A stretch of DNA of 64,000 nt from the NCBI RefSeq assembly GCF_006345805.1, contig NC_042999.1:43214001-43278000 (forward strand), read 5' to 3'. Made by a program: the position numbers and the translations under genes. Below the pieces are notes generated by a model that saw nothing but the letters and a program-made list of their open reading frames with translations, did no database searches and was not told where the DNA came from. This DNA comes from Octopus sinensis. Lineage: Eukaryota. Each line of letters opens with the position of its first letter. The stretch's first letter is position 1. This document shows positions 49,491-63,130 of the stretch, in pieces.

Positions 49491-52429
49491 ATGTGTGTCT
49501 GAGAAACTTGCTTCCCAATCATGTGTCCTTGGGTCCAGTCTCACAGCAAGGAACCATGAACAAGTAACTTCTATATAATCTCAGGCTGACCAAGGGGTTA
49601 TGTGAGAGGAAACTGGCAAAAGCCTGTCGCGCGCGCGCGCGCATGTGCGCGTGTGTGTGTGTGTGCTGCCTCCTTGTCTTGACATCGCATGAGAGTTGTA
49701 AACAAGAGTCACTGTCATTCAAGAGGTGTGTTTTCCAAGCTACCATAAAAACATATCTCATCAAGGGAAATATTACCTCATTTAGAAACAGGTTGGTGGG
49801 GGGATGACTGGAAGCACATCTGGTTCTAGGAAATCTGCCTCAACAAATTCCAGCCTACCCATGCAAGCATAGAAAAACAGACACCATGATGATGATGATG
49901 GATTACCATCATTTTCATTTCTTGAGTTCAAATCTACTGCTTGTATTTTGTTCATATCTCCAGGCAAGAAAGATTATTTTACAGACCCATTTCATCTATG
50001 ATTGGAGAGCATATGTAGCAGATCATCTGGGAATGTTAGCACAGATAGACTAATACCTTAGTGGAGGAGATAGCTTGTCTCAATTATTTAATATGACGGC
50101 GAGAAAAAGGGGGTTAAAAAAGGGTAGAAGAGAAAGGGGAATGAGATTGGGAGATAGAAAAGAAGGAAAGAAAGAGAAACAGAAAGGAAATGGGATTATA
50201 TGGAATGAAAGAGAAAGAGAATAAATCAAGGGGAGGAGAGAATAAGATAAAGAAAGGGAGAGTGAATGAGGGAAAGAAAGAGTTAGAAAGAGAAAGAATT
50301 TGATGAAACAATGAATAACACAGGTTTATCTGTAAAGAGGTGTATTTTGGAGAAACACAGAGGTAATGTGAGAGAGGAGGGAGAGAAATGAAAGGGAAGT
50401 TGGGAGAGAGGGAGGGAGAGAAACAGAAGGGAGGTTGGGAGAGAGGGAGAGGGCAAGATACAAGTGATAAAATACTCCAGAGCAGTAAAGCATGTCTCAA
50501 ACAATGTATTTGTAAATTAAATATATGTTAGTTAGGATTATAATAATATAAGGAGAGTGATGGCAGTGGGAATATTGGTGGTGGTGGTGGTGGTGGTGGT
50601 AAAAATAGTGGCAGAGGAGAAGGGGTTTTCATGACAATGGTAATGCTGGAAACTAGAGAGTGTGTGTATGCAAACATGTGTACATGCACCTGGGTGCATA
50701 TTTGGTGACTGGGTGATGTGCGTGTTTGTGTATAAGGGAAATAGGTGTGTGTGTGTGTGTTATGTTTAGCATATTGCCGAATCCGTGTATAACTGGTGGC
50801 ATATGATGATGATGATGATAGCGAGCTGTTGATGATGCTTATAACAATGATAATGATAATGACTGAGAAAAGAATAACGATAATTGCAAAAGCCAATTAT
50901 AATTAATAGTGGTGACGTTTGTTGTTCTTTTAGCCCCCACCCCCCAAGGTAATTCCCAGACTATTCACATCTAATGTTGAAAACTATTTCAACAAGGACT
51001 ATCCTGTCTTTTTTCTGCAATGCCAGAACTCAGCCCCACATTTCTGTTCTTGTTTTTTTTTTCTTTTGTTCTTCTTGCTTGTTTGTTTTTTTTTTACTTG
51101 TTTTTTTCTAAAGACAGTAAAGTGTGATTTGAAGGAGATCTAACTGCTATTTCTAGAAGATCTAACACCCAGAGAGAGAGAGAGGTTCCTTTTCACTAGC
51201 TAGTTCATGGCTACAGCAGTGCTAAATGGTGGTGATAGCAGTGACAGTGACATCAGCTGAGTGTTAAATGGGGGGGGGGTAAGATAGTGAGAGGTTGGTG
51301 GCAGTGGTGGTGGCTGTTGTGGTGGGGCGGAGCCACAATGTGATCATATCATATATATCAAGTGCAGCGATTGTAAGGATTGCTTGCAGCAGTCAGTGCT
51401 TGCAGGGATGCACTGGCAGCACCGATGAAAGGTTGAATGAAACTGGTGGTGGTGGTGGTGGTGGTGGCAGGGGAAAATTGTGGGAACAGCAATTACTGTG
51501 GTGCTGTAGTGGTGTGTTGTGAGGTTATTGTTTAGTCTCCTACCCCGCAGGTCAATCCTGATTGAGCAGACATACGATCTGATCAAAGATATTGCAACCA
51601 TGACCATCATGTCTATATGTAGGAAACCCAGGACCACCTTATCCAGACATCATTCTTGTAAGACAAGAGGGTATGATTTGAAGGAGATTTAGTTGGTATT
51701 TCTAGCAGATTGAGCAACCATGTAAAGGTTCCTTCACTGCCTTAAAGCTATCTGGTGGTATGGAGTGGAGTGGAGTGGTATGATGTAAATTAATGCAAAT
51801 GCAGTGTGATATGCTTTCAAGTTCTGGCACAAAGCCAGCAATTTGTGGGACCTGGAAAGATCAATTAAATCAATGGTTCTCAATTATATGCCTCTTGGGG
51901 GTTCATATAAGATTTTGCAGTTAAAAATTATGTTCACTAAAATGCTTTTAAATTTTTTATAAAAAATTCCTTAATATTTAATTATAAAAATATATGATTT
52001 TTAAAACTTCAAATATGACCTCAAAGGGTCCTTCGAAGTAAAATAGGAATCGAAAAAATGGTTGAGAATCATTAGATTTAGATCAACCCCAGTGTTCAGC
52101 TGGTACATAAAAAGCACCATCCGATTGTGGCTGTTGCCAGCCCCGTCTGGTCCCCGTGCCAGTGGCACGTAAAAAGCACCATCCGATCGTGGCCATTTGC
52201 CAGACTCATCTGGCACCTGTGCAGGTGGCACATAAAAAGCACCCACTACACTCACGGAATGGTTGGCATTAGGAAGGGCATCCAGCTGTAGAAACACAGC
52301 CAGATCAGACTGGGCCTGGCACAACCTACTGGCTTCCCAGACCCCGGTTGAACCGTCCAACCCATGCTAGCATGGAAAACGGACGTTAAACGATGACGAT
52401 GATGATCTCAGAAGAATTTGAACTCAGAA

Positions 52430-52600
52430 TGTATTATGATGTGATGTGACATGCCATGATGTAATGCGATGTTATATTATGTGGCGTGACATGTGGTTGG
52501 TGTGTTGAAATGTGATGTGCTGTGGTAAGATGTGATGTGATGCAATGTAGTGCTATGTGGAGCAATAATGATGCAGTGTGGTGTGGTTGCAATGTTAAGC
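52430..52600. repeat. Degenerate (TGTGA)n pentanucleotide repeat
   Basis: gatgtgatgtgacatgccatgatgtaatgcgatg..gtgatgtgatgcaatgtagtg. Confidence 0.8.
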
Positions 52601-53076
52601 AAATGAAAGCAATAAAGCCAAATATTGCTCAACTGCAAACAAATTAATGTGCAGACCATGACAATTTTTTTCCTGTGTTTAAACAAGTGATTAGAATCTC
52701 TCTCTCTCTCTCTCCCTCTATCATCACACAAATCCATCACAACATCATTAACCCAACTAGTTATGGAATTTAGTTACAGATGACGCACTCCAAGATAAAA
52801 GACCTTGATGCAGCAGTGAAATGGCGTGGCATTGAGACTAAGTAGGGTGAGTTATGTTCCTTGCTGCTTCTCATACCTCATCATCATTTTAATATCCACT
52901 TTTCCATTCTTTCATAGGTCACATTTGGAATTCAGTTAGACAGGTCTTCTACAGCTGGAGACCCTTCCTGTTGTGAACTCTAACCAGTTTTCAAGCAAGA
53001 TAATACTTCCCCATGCCCAGACTAACAAATGTTTTCCAACAGAGAAATTTATAAGATACCTTTGAATTTATGCACC

Positions 53077-53433
53077 TGAGCTGCTGCTGCTGCTGAGACC
53101 CCCTTCGGTCAAGACTGACCATGGGATTGCACCTAGAAAGTTACCCTCCGAGGTACAAGTCTGGGCAAGGTTGTTTATGAAAGACCAGCAGTTGTCCATG
53201 CATACTAGCCTCCCCTCTCCAAGTCACCAGTGTTACCCAAGGGAAAAGCAAAGGGGCCGATACAGCTTGGCTCTTGTGACATCACAACTCATTTCTACAG
53301 CTGAGTGAACTGGAGCAATGTGAAATAAAGTGTCTTGCTCAAGAACACAACACACAGCTGGGTCCGGGATTCAAACTTACAACCTCACAATCGTAAGCTC
53401 GATGCTCTAACCACTGAGCCATGAGCCTTCACT
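53077..53433 (-). mobile_element. tRNA-derived CORE-like SINE with (CAG)n tail
   Basis: Head GTGAAGGCTCATGGCTCAGTGGTTAGAGC..GTTTGAATCCC; 12-bp TSD AATTTATGCACC (53065-76, 53434-45). Confidence 0.87.
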
Positions 53434-54660
53434 AATTTATGCACCAAAATGTACTTCCTCCAAAATCCACCGTAAGAAAAGAAACACTTGTGAATTGTTA
53501 CAGCAATGGACAAAGTATTAGCAGCATCACTTTTGGCATTTTATGTTGTGGGTTCAAATTCCTCCAAGGTCAAATTGGCCTTTCATCCTTTTGGAGTCAA
53601 TAAATAAGTAGCAGTTTAGCACTAGGGTCAATGCTATCAACTTATTCCCTTCCCTAAAACTACTGGCCTTGTACCAAAATCTAAAATAAGGAAGGAAGCT
53701 GGCAAAACCATTAGCATACTGGACAAAATGCTTAGCAGCATTTCTTCTGTCTTCATGTTCTAAATTTATATTCCGAGGTCAACTTTGCCCATGTTTTCAG
53801 AGTTGAATAATCCAAACTTCAAAGAATTCCTCTTAACACATGGCTATGATGCTCCCCCACAACTTCTGCCCATGGTCAGAGATGCACATATCATCAGCAA
53901 CTAAGGAACGTGCTCAAATGGTTACGGTCAAACAACTGACAAGCAAATCTGTGGTATTGAGCAGAATATTTGCTGTAGCCCATCTTTTATACCAAAACAA
54001 AACAATGTGCATGATAACACTTCCAATCAGTTGTACTGGGGTCAATATAATCGACTACCCCCCCAAAAAAAAATTTCAGACTTTGTGCCTGTAGTAGAAA
54101 GGATTATCATTATCATTATTTGGCAATCTGGCAGACTCGTTAAAGCATTAAATACAATGCTTAGCAGCATTTCTTCCAGTTCATTATATTCTGAGTGCAA
54201 CTAAACCCTTTCAGACATCAGTGAAGTAAGATACCAGTCATATACTGGGGGGGTCAATGTAATTGACTAGCCTCCATCTCTAAAATTACAGGCTTTGTGC
54301 CAAAGCTTGAAATTATCATCAATATTATTTTTATAAATGGATAAGGGGAGTGAGCTGGCAAAAATTAGTAAAGCATTGGACATAACAGTTTTATAGTAAT
54401 TAGTTTCACTAAGCAATGATTAAACGAGTTCAAATTCTGCTGCAGATTGATTTTGTGTTAACCCTCTATGGTTGATAAATTAAGTGCTCTCTCTCTCTCT
54501 CTCTCTCAAGTTCCCCTACAAAAAAGGAAAATGTTGAAGAAAAATAATCTTTATGCCTAAATAAGTAGCCATTATTATTATCAGCATCACCATATCTGCA
54601 TCAGCATCATTATTGCTATTGTTTCATATTTTAAGTTTTTCTTGAATTTATTTGTTTGTT

Positions 54661-54691
<31 letters not shown>

Positions 54692-57559
54692 TTTTTTTAT
54701 TTTTTTTTTATTCATCATTCCAACCATTTTTCTTAATTCAATAAAAGACCAGGAAATTAATGGCTTTTGAAAATTGAAAAGTAAAATATAAAAAGAAAAA
54801 AATAACATAAATAAGGTAATGAAATGAGGAACATGCCTTTTGTTTAGAGAGAGAGGGGAAGGAGGGGGGAGAGAGAGAGAGAGAGAAAAGAACATTAACT
54901 GCAGACCAACAATTTTTGAGGTTGGAGGAAGGAATCGAAAGAGAATGGTAAGAGGATGGTGGGAGAGGTAATGGTGGTGGTTCCGTGGAGGAAACACATA
55001 AGGATGTTAAATTGTCACCATTACCACTACTATGTTGATGATGATGGCAATGATGATACTTGTGATAAAGAGCTGGGGTCTGGGGGGTAGCAGAGCAATG
55101 GGGGTGATAATGAAGGAAGCGTGGGGATTATGGCAGGCTTAAAATTTTTTTTCAATATATTTTTGATATTGTGTTTCATTATCATTTACAATCGAATGTT
55201 GTTGCTGGGCAGTTGTTGCTCTTGTATTTTGTGGAGAAGGGAAGTGCTGGGTAGAAGGCTATAACAGTGGCAAGAGATGGATATGGAGCGAGGGGGGGGG
55301 GGGTATTCTCCCTTTTTTTTCACGGGGGGGGGGCAGTGTATAGGGTCAGTGAGACAGCAAGGGATGAATGCATTATAGGGAGTTGGGGGGGGGATTTGGG
55401 CACAGGCGATGATGATATACAGCTTGCTAAGTTCACAGAAAAGGTGGGTAGCTATTATGAAGAGAGAGAGAGAGAGAAGATACACTGAATCTAGCCCCTA
55501 CTCCTACAGCAGTACCACCACCATCATCATTAAGTGCAACTGATTCCAATTCCAGATTGGAACTATTTGTCATACTTAGCACATAAATCAATCATAAACA
55601 CCTTAAGAAAAGGCATAAATGACATCATGACTTAGCATATTCATCTCTCGGTGTGTCTGGTTTTACAATGCATGGCAGAGAGGCATGGTTACATAGTTAC
55701 AAAGTTTGCCTTCATTTTGCAACCACATGGATCCGAATTCAGCATGAAAACCTAGATGTCTTTTAGCATCACTCCAGGTCAATTAATGTCTTTTGAGTGG
55801 ATTTGGTAGACAGAAATTGCAGAGAAGCCCATCATATACAAGTATGTGTCCATAAGGGCACATGCGTATGGCATTCAGGTTCAGCACATCACACTAACTT
55901 ATTCAATCCACTGGTTCCTGGAAGGACCCACTGAAGAATGTGGTCTTTGGTAATGTGAAAAGACAGTGGGAATAAGCCATAGCTGGAATGTCCTTTATCA
56001 TACCTCCTCTCAAACAGAGGGGATATGCATGCTGCTAAACAACATCCAAAACAACAACAGCTACTTAGCTATCTTAATGCTTTTGTTACCATATTTCTTT
56101 TGAAATACACTGGCTTTATTACAATTAATTTTGGAAATAGTGAAAAATTTAAATAACTTTGTCAATATTACGTTGGTGTTTTTTGGGACATAACCTGAAA
56201 TTTTGACTGAAGGTTTTAATTTAGATTACTTTAAAACAAGGAGTTTGTATCATAGAAGTTAAGAGCAGATTCTAGCAGGTTGGTACTATAAGGGTTACTG
56301 CTGAGCTGGGCATGTGATGCACTAAACCCTTCCACATCCACTCCAATTTGAAGGAATGTCATTTGAACACCACACCACCTACAAACTCAAGAGTTTCAAG
56401 GGACATCTCTCAGATACTCTGGGACACATCATCATTATTCAACTCTGTGGTCCTATGAGATTTCGGGTCTTTCATTATCATCAGGTTCCATGCTCAGTTG
56501 ACCCTACAACCCTTATTTTCAAAATGCATCTCTCAGATTCTTTGGAACATGAGGTTTTGGATCTTTCAATATTAGGCCCCTTGCTCAGTTGATCTAGTCA
56601 ATATTGGTAAAATCCTAACTTGCACCCTAGCACCAACAAATCACAGAACTGCTCTTATAATTCCAAAGCCAGCCAGTTATTTTCTCTACAGCTTCCATAA
56701 TGATAAGCATGCCTTGACCCTTTGCTCTACCAGTGATTCCAAACTCAGAGCTTTTGACAGTAAATGTGCTTTAAACTCCATCGACAGCCCACTTCAGTTG
56801 GTCCACAGCAAGCATGCATGCACCAGCCTTAGCTTCTTCACTGTTCTTGGTATTTTCACAAGCTTTAACCTTTTGGCATTCAGATTATTCTGTCAAATGT
56901 AATGTTTATTTATTCACATTGTTTTGAATTGATTATGCCATTATCTTGTAGCCTTGAGATTTCAATGATGTGATTGTTTATTTTTAGAATGACATTGTAG
57001 GGTAGGTGTGAGAGGCCAGGACTGGCCAGTTTGGCCACTAAACAGGTAGAATATTTTGGCCTGGATATGGCTGGTTTGAATAACAAAGGGTTATTAGCAT
57101 GAAGAAAAAAATAACACTGATGATGTAAAGGACTGACTGGGATGACCCCTTTGGTCTGGAGAGATATTCAAACTGTAAATCATAGGAAGAAGGGAGACAA
57201 AGAAAAAGTAGTGAGAAAGAGGGAAGAGGCCTTTAGAAATGGGGATGAGAGAGACAGACAGACAGGGAGGGAGGGAGGGAGGGAGGTAGACAGACAGACA
57301 GACAGAGCTGATATGCAACAAGAATAATTTGAAAACTCTGAAGACAATTTGAATCAGAGAGGTTAGGTCAGTTGAGAGTGTTATGATGTAAATAGGTGGA
57401 TGATGAAGCAGCTAAATAATATGGTTCTTTGTGCTTTTAATAAATTCACAAGGAAAATTTGGGTGGGACTAGGAGAACTTATGAAAGAGGGGAGGAGGAG
57501 CGAGCGAGAGACAAGCAGACCAGGAGAATGGTAAGATAGTGAAAAAAAAATCCAAAATG

Positions 57560-57890
57560 AACAAGTGAAACATAAAAAGGAAGGAGAGGAATAGAAAAAA
57601 TAGAGAGAGAGAGGGGCAGACAGAGAGATAGGGGAGGACAGAAAGAGAGAGAGATAGGGGACAGAAAGAGAAACAGACAGACAAATAGAGAGACAGACAG
57701 AAAGAGAGAGGGGGAGAGACAGAAAAATAGAGAGTATCATAGTAAAAAAAGCTAGGACTAAAGAGCGATAAGAATAAAGGGGGAGAAATAAAGAGAAATA
57801 GGAAGAGGGAGAGAAGTGGATGGAGAGAGAAATGGGGGGGTGAAAGAGAGAAAGAAAAAAAAGAAAAACAAGAGGGAGAAAAAGTGTGAA
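57560..57890. repeat. GA-rich polypurine low-complexity tract; similar at 29640-29960, 50100-50460, 62720-63090
   Basis: Direct inspection. Confidence 0.85.
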
Positions 57891-58714
57891 TGAGCATACC
57901 TGAGGAGTTAAAAGTGAATTTTAACAAGCAGTGTTTGAAATCTGAAACACTTCAAGTCCATTGCCTGAGGCTGACCTGAAGACTCTTTAAACACTTTCTT
58001 AACTGTGTTTAAATTATAATATGATTTCCAAAATAAACAGAGAATATTTGAAGATCAACACCTCTCAATTATTCAATGCCGCCAAGAGACACTGATCTAA
58101 TTTCCTTCCCACTACCACTATTAACTACAACATGGCTCTCATTTTTTTTCTTTTTTCTTCTTTGTAAATGTCCTCTAGCAGTAAACCATAGGCCTTTGTA
58201 CATCCTCAAGTCTTTAGAGACAAGAGAAATTAACTGAAATAAATAAATGTATGAAATTACTTATGTGAATGAATCACAGAAATGTTTGAAGAATACTTGA
58301 CAAGAGATAACTGTTTTGCTTGTATTTACTTCTTCATTATTTTTTGTTGTTGTTGTTGTTTTGTTTTCTTTAAAAAACTTTACTCTTTTATCAAGTATCA
58401 TTAATTATATAACAAGATGTAATGATTGATGATGATAACAGCATTATGAGAATATGAAGTACTTTAACCACAGGTCAGGTCAATCATGGCCAGGAAAGAC
58501 CTAAGATCAAAGGCTAACTGTGATCATACCATCCTTTCTTGAAGTATTTTATATCTAGGACTATATCATCCAACCTATCTCTCCTCTCTCCCCAAGATGG
58601 CTGAGCATAATTTGGAGAAGATTAAACTAATTAAGTTCTTACTGGAGAAAATAACTTTACAGCCTTGGATAGCTGGATACATTATAGATGTAGACTTTAT
58701 GAGGCATTAAGCTA

Positions 58715-59236
58715 CCGTAAATCTTCGAGTATAATCCGCACTTTTTCCCAAAATTTAAAGGTCAAAATCCCTAGTGCATACTATATACGAGGTTAAAAAT
58801 GAAAAATATTTTCTAAGCAATGTCCAAGTCTCTATTTGCTGTCCAGCAATGTCTATTCAAACGCATTTTGTGATGTCAGGTGCAAAAATACCTTAAGCTA
58901 AGCCTGAATGCAATGAAGTTATAAGAGAATCATCCATAACTTGCAATAAGCAACATTTATTAAAATAAAAGTATTCAGAACACAGAACAACATGTAACAA
59001 AAACAATTTGCAAACATATTTACATTCCCATATAACAGTTAAGAACATCACCATTATTGTATTACGCATGCGCGGAAGTGTTTGTTCGACTAGGTGCTGC
59101 TGGCTTAATTACGCACGACTCAAGTTAGAGAAGGGATGCGTATTATACACAAGGTTTAGCTTTTTCAGAGGTACAGCCCTCCTAAAAATCCCCTCCGTAT
59201 TATACTCAAGGGCAGACTATACTCGAGCATTTACGG
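58715..59236. mobile_element. Tc2/pogo-like MITE
   Basis: TIR CCGTAAATCTTCGAGTATAATCCGC versus revcomp CCGTAAATGCTCGAGTATAGTCTGC, with TA on both sides (58713-14, 59237-38). Subterminal TATTATAC repeats; no ORF. Confidence 0.88.
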
Positions 59237-59514
59237 TACGCAAAACCAGGAGACCATTTCCTAAAAATATTACATCAGGTCTCACAAAAAATTGAAAACA
59301 TACATTTTAATTATTTTGAAGCTCCGACAAATTATGTCTAAATCTGAGATGATATATCTGATCAAAATGCTATCTATACTTTCATAACAAGTGAGTGCAC
59401 ATTGGATGAAGTGCATGTGTGGTTTGTCTTTGTCTGCAAGTGTATGTTCTTTCCTTATCCTTTTACTGGTTTCAGCCAGAGGCTATTGTGTCCATGCTGG
59501 AGCATTTCCTTTAA

Positions 59515-59734
59515 CCCTTCAGTGTTTAAATTGGCCATATCCAGCCCAAATATTCTACATGTTTTACATTCAAACTGGTGATATCTAGCCTCTCACACCT
59601 AACCTACATTGACATTCTAAAAATAAACAATCACATTATTGAAACCTAAACACAATAAGATAATGCATGATTAATTCTAAAAAGTTTGAGTGAAAAAGCA
59701 TTACATTTAACAGAATAATCTGATCACTAAGGGG
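59515..59734. mobile_element. piggyBac-like ~220-bp MITE family A; other copies at 19051-19372, 31451-31673, 48184-48540, 56869-57090 and partial ~26400-26610
   Basis: TTAA-CCCTT...AGGGG-TTAA ends and a shared internal sequence (cagattattctgtcaaatg..gaatgacattgtagggtaggtgtgagaggc..ggatatggccagtttaaatgcta) in all copies. Confidence 0.85.
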
Positions 59735-60498
59735 TTAAACATATAGCTCATTCCGGGGTAGGCCTGAACCACCACGAGCCTTTCAGTTAATAGCAAAATA
59801 TTGCTAACCAATTGTATGAGTTTTGTGTGTGCTTGTGAAAGGTGAACATGTGTCTGTGTGTGAAGTGAGTGGAGGGGAGTGTTTTACCTTTATCTTTTAC
59901 TTAAGTCATTTGACTGTGGCCATGCTGGAGCACCACCTTTTTTTTTTTTTTTTTGAAAGAGAGAGAAACCAGGTTGTTGCATCAAAACAAAGGTATTTGT
60001 CACTATACCAGTACTAGTTAGCCACAGCACCAGTGAATTGCAGGTACCTGCAGAGTTACAAAGTCACAGTTGAGCAATCAGCCAGAGGAGACAGAGAGAG
60101 GGGTCCAGGTAAGAAAGGAGAAGTGACAAGACAAGGTGAGAATAGAGAGGAGTGTAGAGAAAATATGAACAGAGACAGAGTGTAAGGAAGGAAGTAGAAA
60201 ATATCAGGAAAAGTGGTAGAGAAGAGAGGGGTCAGTCAGATGTGAGGGATAGTGAGTAGTAATGAGTCAGTGAGATATATGGGAGGGGTCACTGAGAGAA
60301 AGATGAGGGAGTGGATATAAGAGTAAAAATAAGCACCTTTCTGAATGACAGCGATGTTAGAATCTCATATATATATAAGTTCAAAACCTTGGATCAACTG
60401 AGTCTACCACAATAATTACAAGACCAAAAGATGCTCTCAAAAGCTAATTTATTGTAAAATAAGATAATAATTCAGATTAACTTATGTCAGATGTTTAA

Positions 60499-60719
60499 CT
60501 CTTTCATTACCAACCCAAGCTGAAACTGGCTCTGGCTCTGAGTACAAAACTCTTGTTTTCATAAATTTTGAATTAAAATCTTCCACCAAACCTTAGTCAC
60601 AATTTATGTTCCTAACACTATCTGAATGATAACTAAGTTATTTTACTAAGTTCTTTGTTATATTTGAAATAATTGAAATAAACACAGAGCATCTCAAAAT
60701 AAATACAGTAATGAAAGGG
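60499..60719. mobile_element. piggyBac-like ~220-bp MITE family B; older inverted copy at ~56075-56288
   Basis: TTAA(60495-98)-CTCTTTCATTAC ... GTAATGAAAGGG-TTAA(60720-23). Confidence 0.85.
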
Positions 60720-61248
60720 TTAAGAGATATTTTAAAATTGTTTGAAACAAAATTAACCACAGCTCAATTAACCTGTGGTAAAAATTAACTAAAGCTCAAC
60801 TGAACAGAAAGGTAACATTTAACAGGTAACTAAGCAGCAAGGGAAATCCCAGGATTCCAAGGAGAAATTTAAGAAATTCAGTTGGGAAATTAATTCCAAG
60901 TAAAGAATGTTTTTTTTTCTTCTCAAATTCATAGTTTTTGTAAAAATTATTTTTCTTAACATTGATTTTAAAGATGTTCATGTTTAAATATGATACAATA
61001 AATTATGTTGCCTACTTAATCCACTCACGTTTTGAGTCTGCCTGGGGTTCAATCCCACTGTAAGGCACTTTGGACAAGTGTAGTTACAACTTAGCAGTTC
61101 AGTTAAAAGAGGCTGATAGAACAAATAACAAACTTGAATAAAAAATAATTACTAGGGTTTGATTTGATCAACCAAACTCTTCAAGATGGTGCCCCAGCTA
61201 CAACTGAAACAAGTGAAAAGAAAAAGGTAATAATATTTGTTTTTGCAG

Positions 61249-61283
<35 letters not shown>

Positions 61284-61484
61284 GCTGCTGCTGTTTAACC
61301 TCAGGTTAGCCTTGGTTGAGTAAAGCTATCACCAAGCTATCAAAGGCATAAAGCCATCAAAGGCATTCAAGCTGTGATCATCCCATCTTTAATGTATCAA
61401 TGACTAAAAATATATGAATCTTTAATGCATCAATGATTACATTAGCCTGGATACATATGTCTCATCTCCTAGCATCTTTTAAAT

Positions 61485-61810
61485 CAGTGGTTCTCAACCA
61501 GGGTCCATATAAGATTCTTGGGGGTCCCCACAACAAAATAGTGAATTGGGGATCTACAATAATACTTTAAGGGCCCCAGCAAAAATTTTGCTTTGGATAT
61601 GTGCAGTGGTATTTATTGCAAGAAATAGTGAGGTTTCTTTCTCTAACATTTTACATAGTTCAACCTACACAAGTTAATGCACGAAAAACAAAATATGAAT
61701 GTTGAAAGAAGTTTCTATAAAACTAGTTTTTAAACGACAAATGGTTTTAGGGGTCCACCAAAGTAAAATAGTAATCAAAGGGGTCCATCGATAAAAAAAT
61801 TGAGAACCCA
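61485..61810. mobile_element. hAT (Charlie/MER5-like) MITE
   Basis: Left TIR CAGTGGTTCTCAACC and right end TTGAGAACCCA, with an 8-bp TSD TTTTAAAT at 61477-84 and 61811-18. Confidence 0.85.
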
Positions 61811-62122
61811 TTTTAAATGTTAAGTGTATGATGAAGGAGGTCTGGTTGCTATTTCTAGTAGGTTGTGAGACCGATCTTTGGTTCTTTGTGGGGAAAGAAT
61901 GCTTAACCCAAGATGAAATTCATCCAAGAGAGTAAAAGGTGTTCCAGCCAATCTGTATAATCCAAAGTGACCTTCATTTGTTCAAGACAGTAGAGTATGA
62001 TTTCGGGTGGATTTAGCTGCTATTCCTAGCAAACTGAGCAACCATAGAGGTTCCATGAATGCTATAGTGATAGTATTTCTTAATTGACCACACACACACA
62101 CTCTTTCTCTCTACCTTATTTA

Positions 62123-62153
<31 letters not shown>

Positions 62154-63130
62154 GCGCATGCATGCAAACTGATTGAGAGACAGTTCAATGAAGCGAACAA
62201 AATATAAGAGACACTCGCCAACAAGATTGAGAATTCTTTTAATTTCTGAATGTTTTTATTTTATTTTTATTTTTAATGTTTCTTTAATGAGAATCAGTAA
62301 AAACAAGAATTGATGATTCATTTGTAAATTTTGGCCCACCACCACCAGCACCAACAACAACAACAACAACTTTATCATATTCATTATCACCACACCATAT
62401 TATCATTTACCACCACCACCACCTTACTCCCCTCCCTCAGATCACCAGCTATCACTATCACCACTACTACAACCGACATCACCAGGATCACTGATACCAC
62501 GTGTATCATCATCATCATCATCACCAATAACATAACTGGCACTATAATCACCACTGCCACCTTAGTCCCAATACAGACTGTACATATGACACAACAGATC
62601 AAATAGACAAGATGGATTGTGAATAGGAGACCAGACATAAGAGACAGATGTGTCTGTGTATATGTGTGTGTGTGTGTATGTGTGGGGGGGGATGCAGAAA
62701 GTGTCAATGAAGTAAGAAGATATAGGGAAAGAGCAGAATAAAAAAAAAAAAGGTAAATGAAATGGAGAGAAAGAAAAGAATTGGGGGGGGGTAAAAGTAG
62801 AAGTAAGAGAGGGAGAGAAAGGAGAGGTAAAAGTTGGAAGGAAGACAGAAAGATGAGATAGGGAAAAAAGGGGGGGATAGAGGGTAGAAGAAAGAGGAGA
62901 GAGAGAGAATAGAGAATTGAAGAGAGAGGGGGAATAGAGGACAGCAGAAGAGGAACAGGAGAAGAAAAAGTATGAAGGGGAGAGGGATGGGGGGGATAGA
63001 GTTTAAGGAGAGGAAAAAGGAGAACGGAAGATGCCAAAAGAAAAGGACAAGGCAGAAAAAGAAGAGGAAGGAGACAAAAGAAAGAATAAGGATGTGCAAA
63101 CACCAAATTATATATATATATATATATATA

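Noticed and set aside
55925-55970. CTGAAGA...GAAA with CCCA/TGGG flanks
   Set aside because: Weak stem II and no UH cleavage triplet; adjacent to an old repeat copy.
56449-56489. Minus-strand CUGAUGA...GAAA within an old ~100-bp local duplication
   Set aside because: No stem II pairing and no plausible stem III or cleavage site.
57896-57935. CTGAGGA followed by the perfect hairpin GTTAAAA-GTGAA-TTTTAAC
   Set aside because: No GAAA after stem II and no stem I or III; not a hammerhead.
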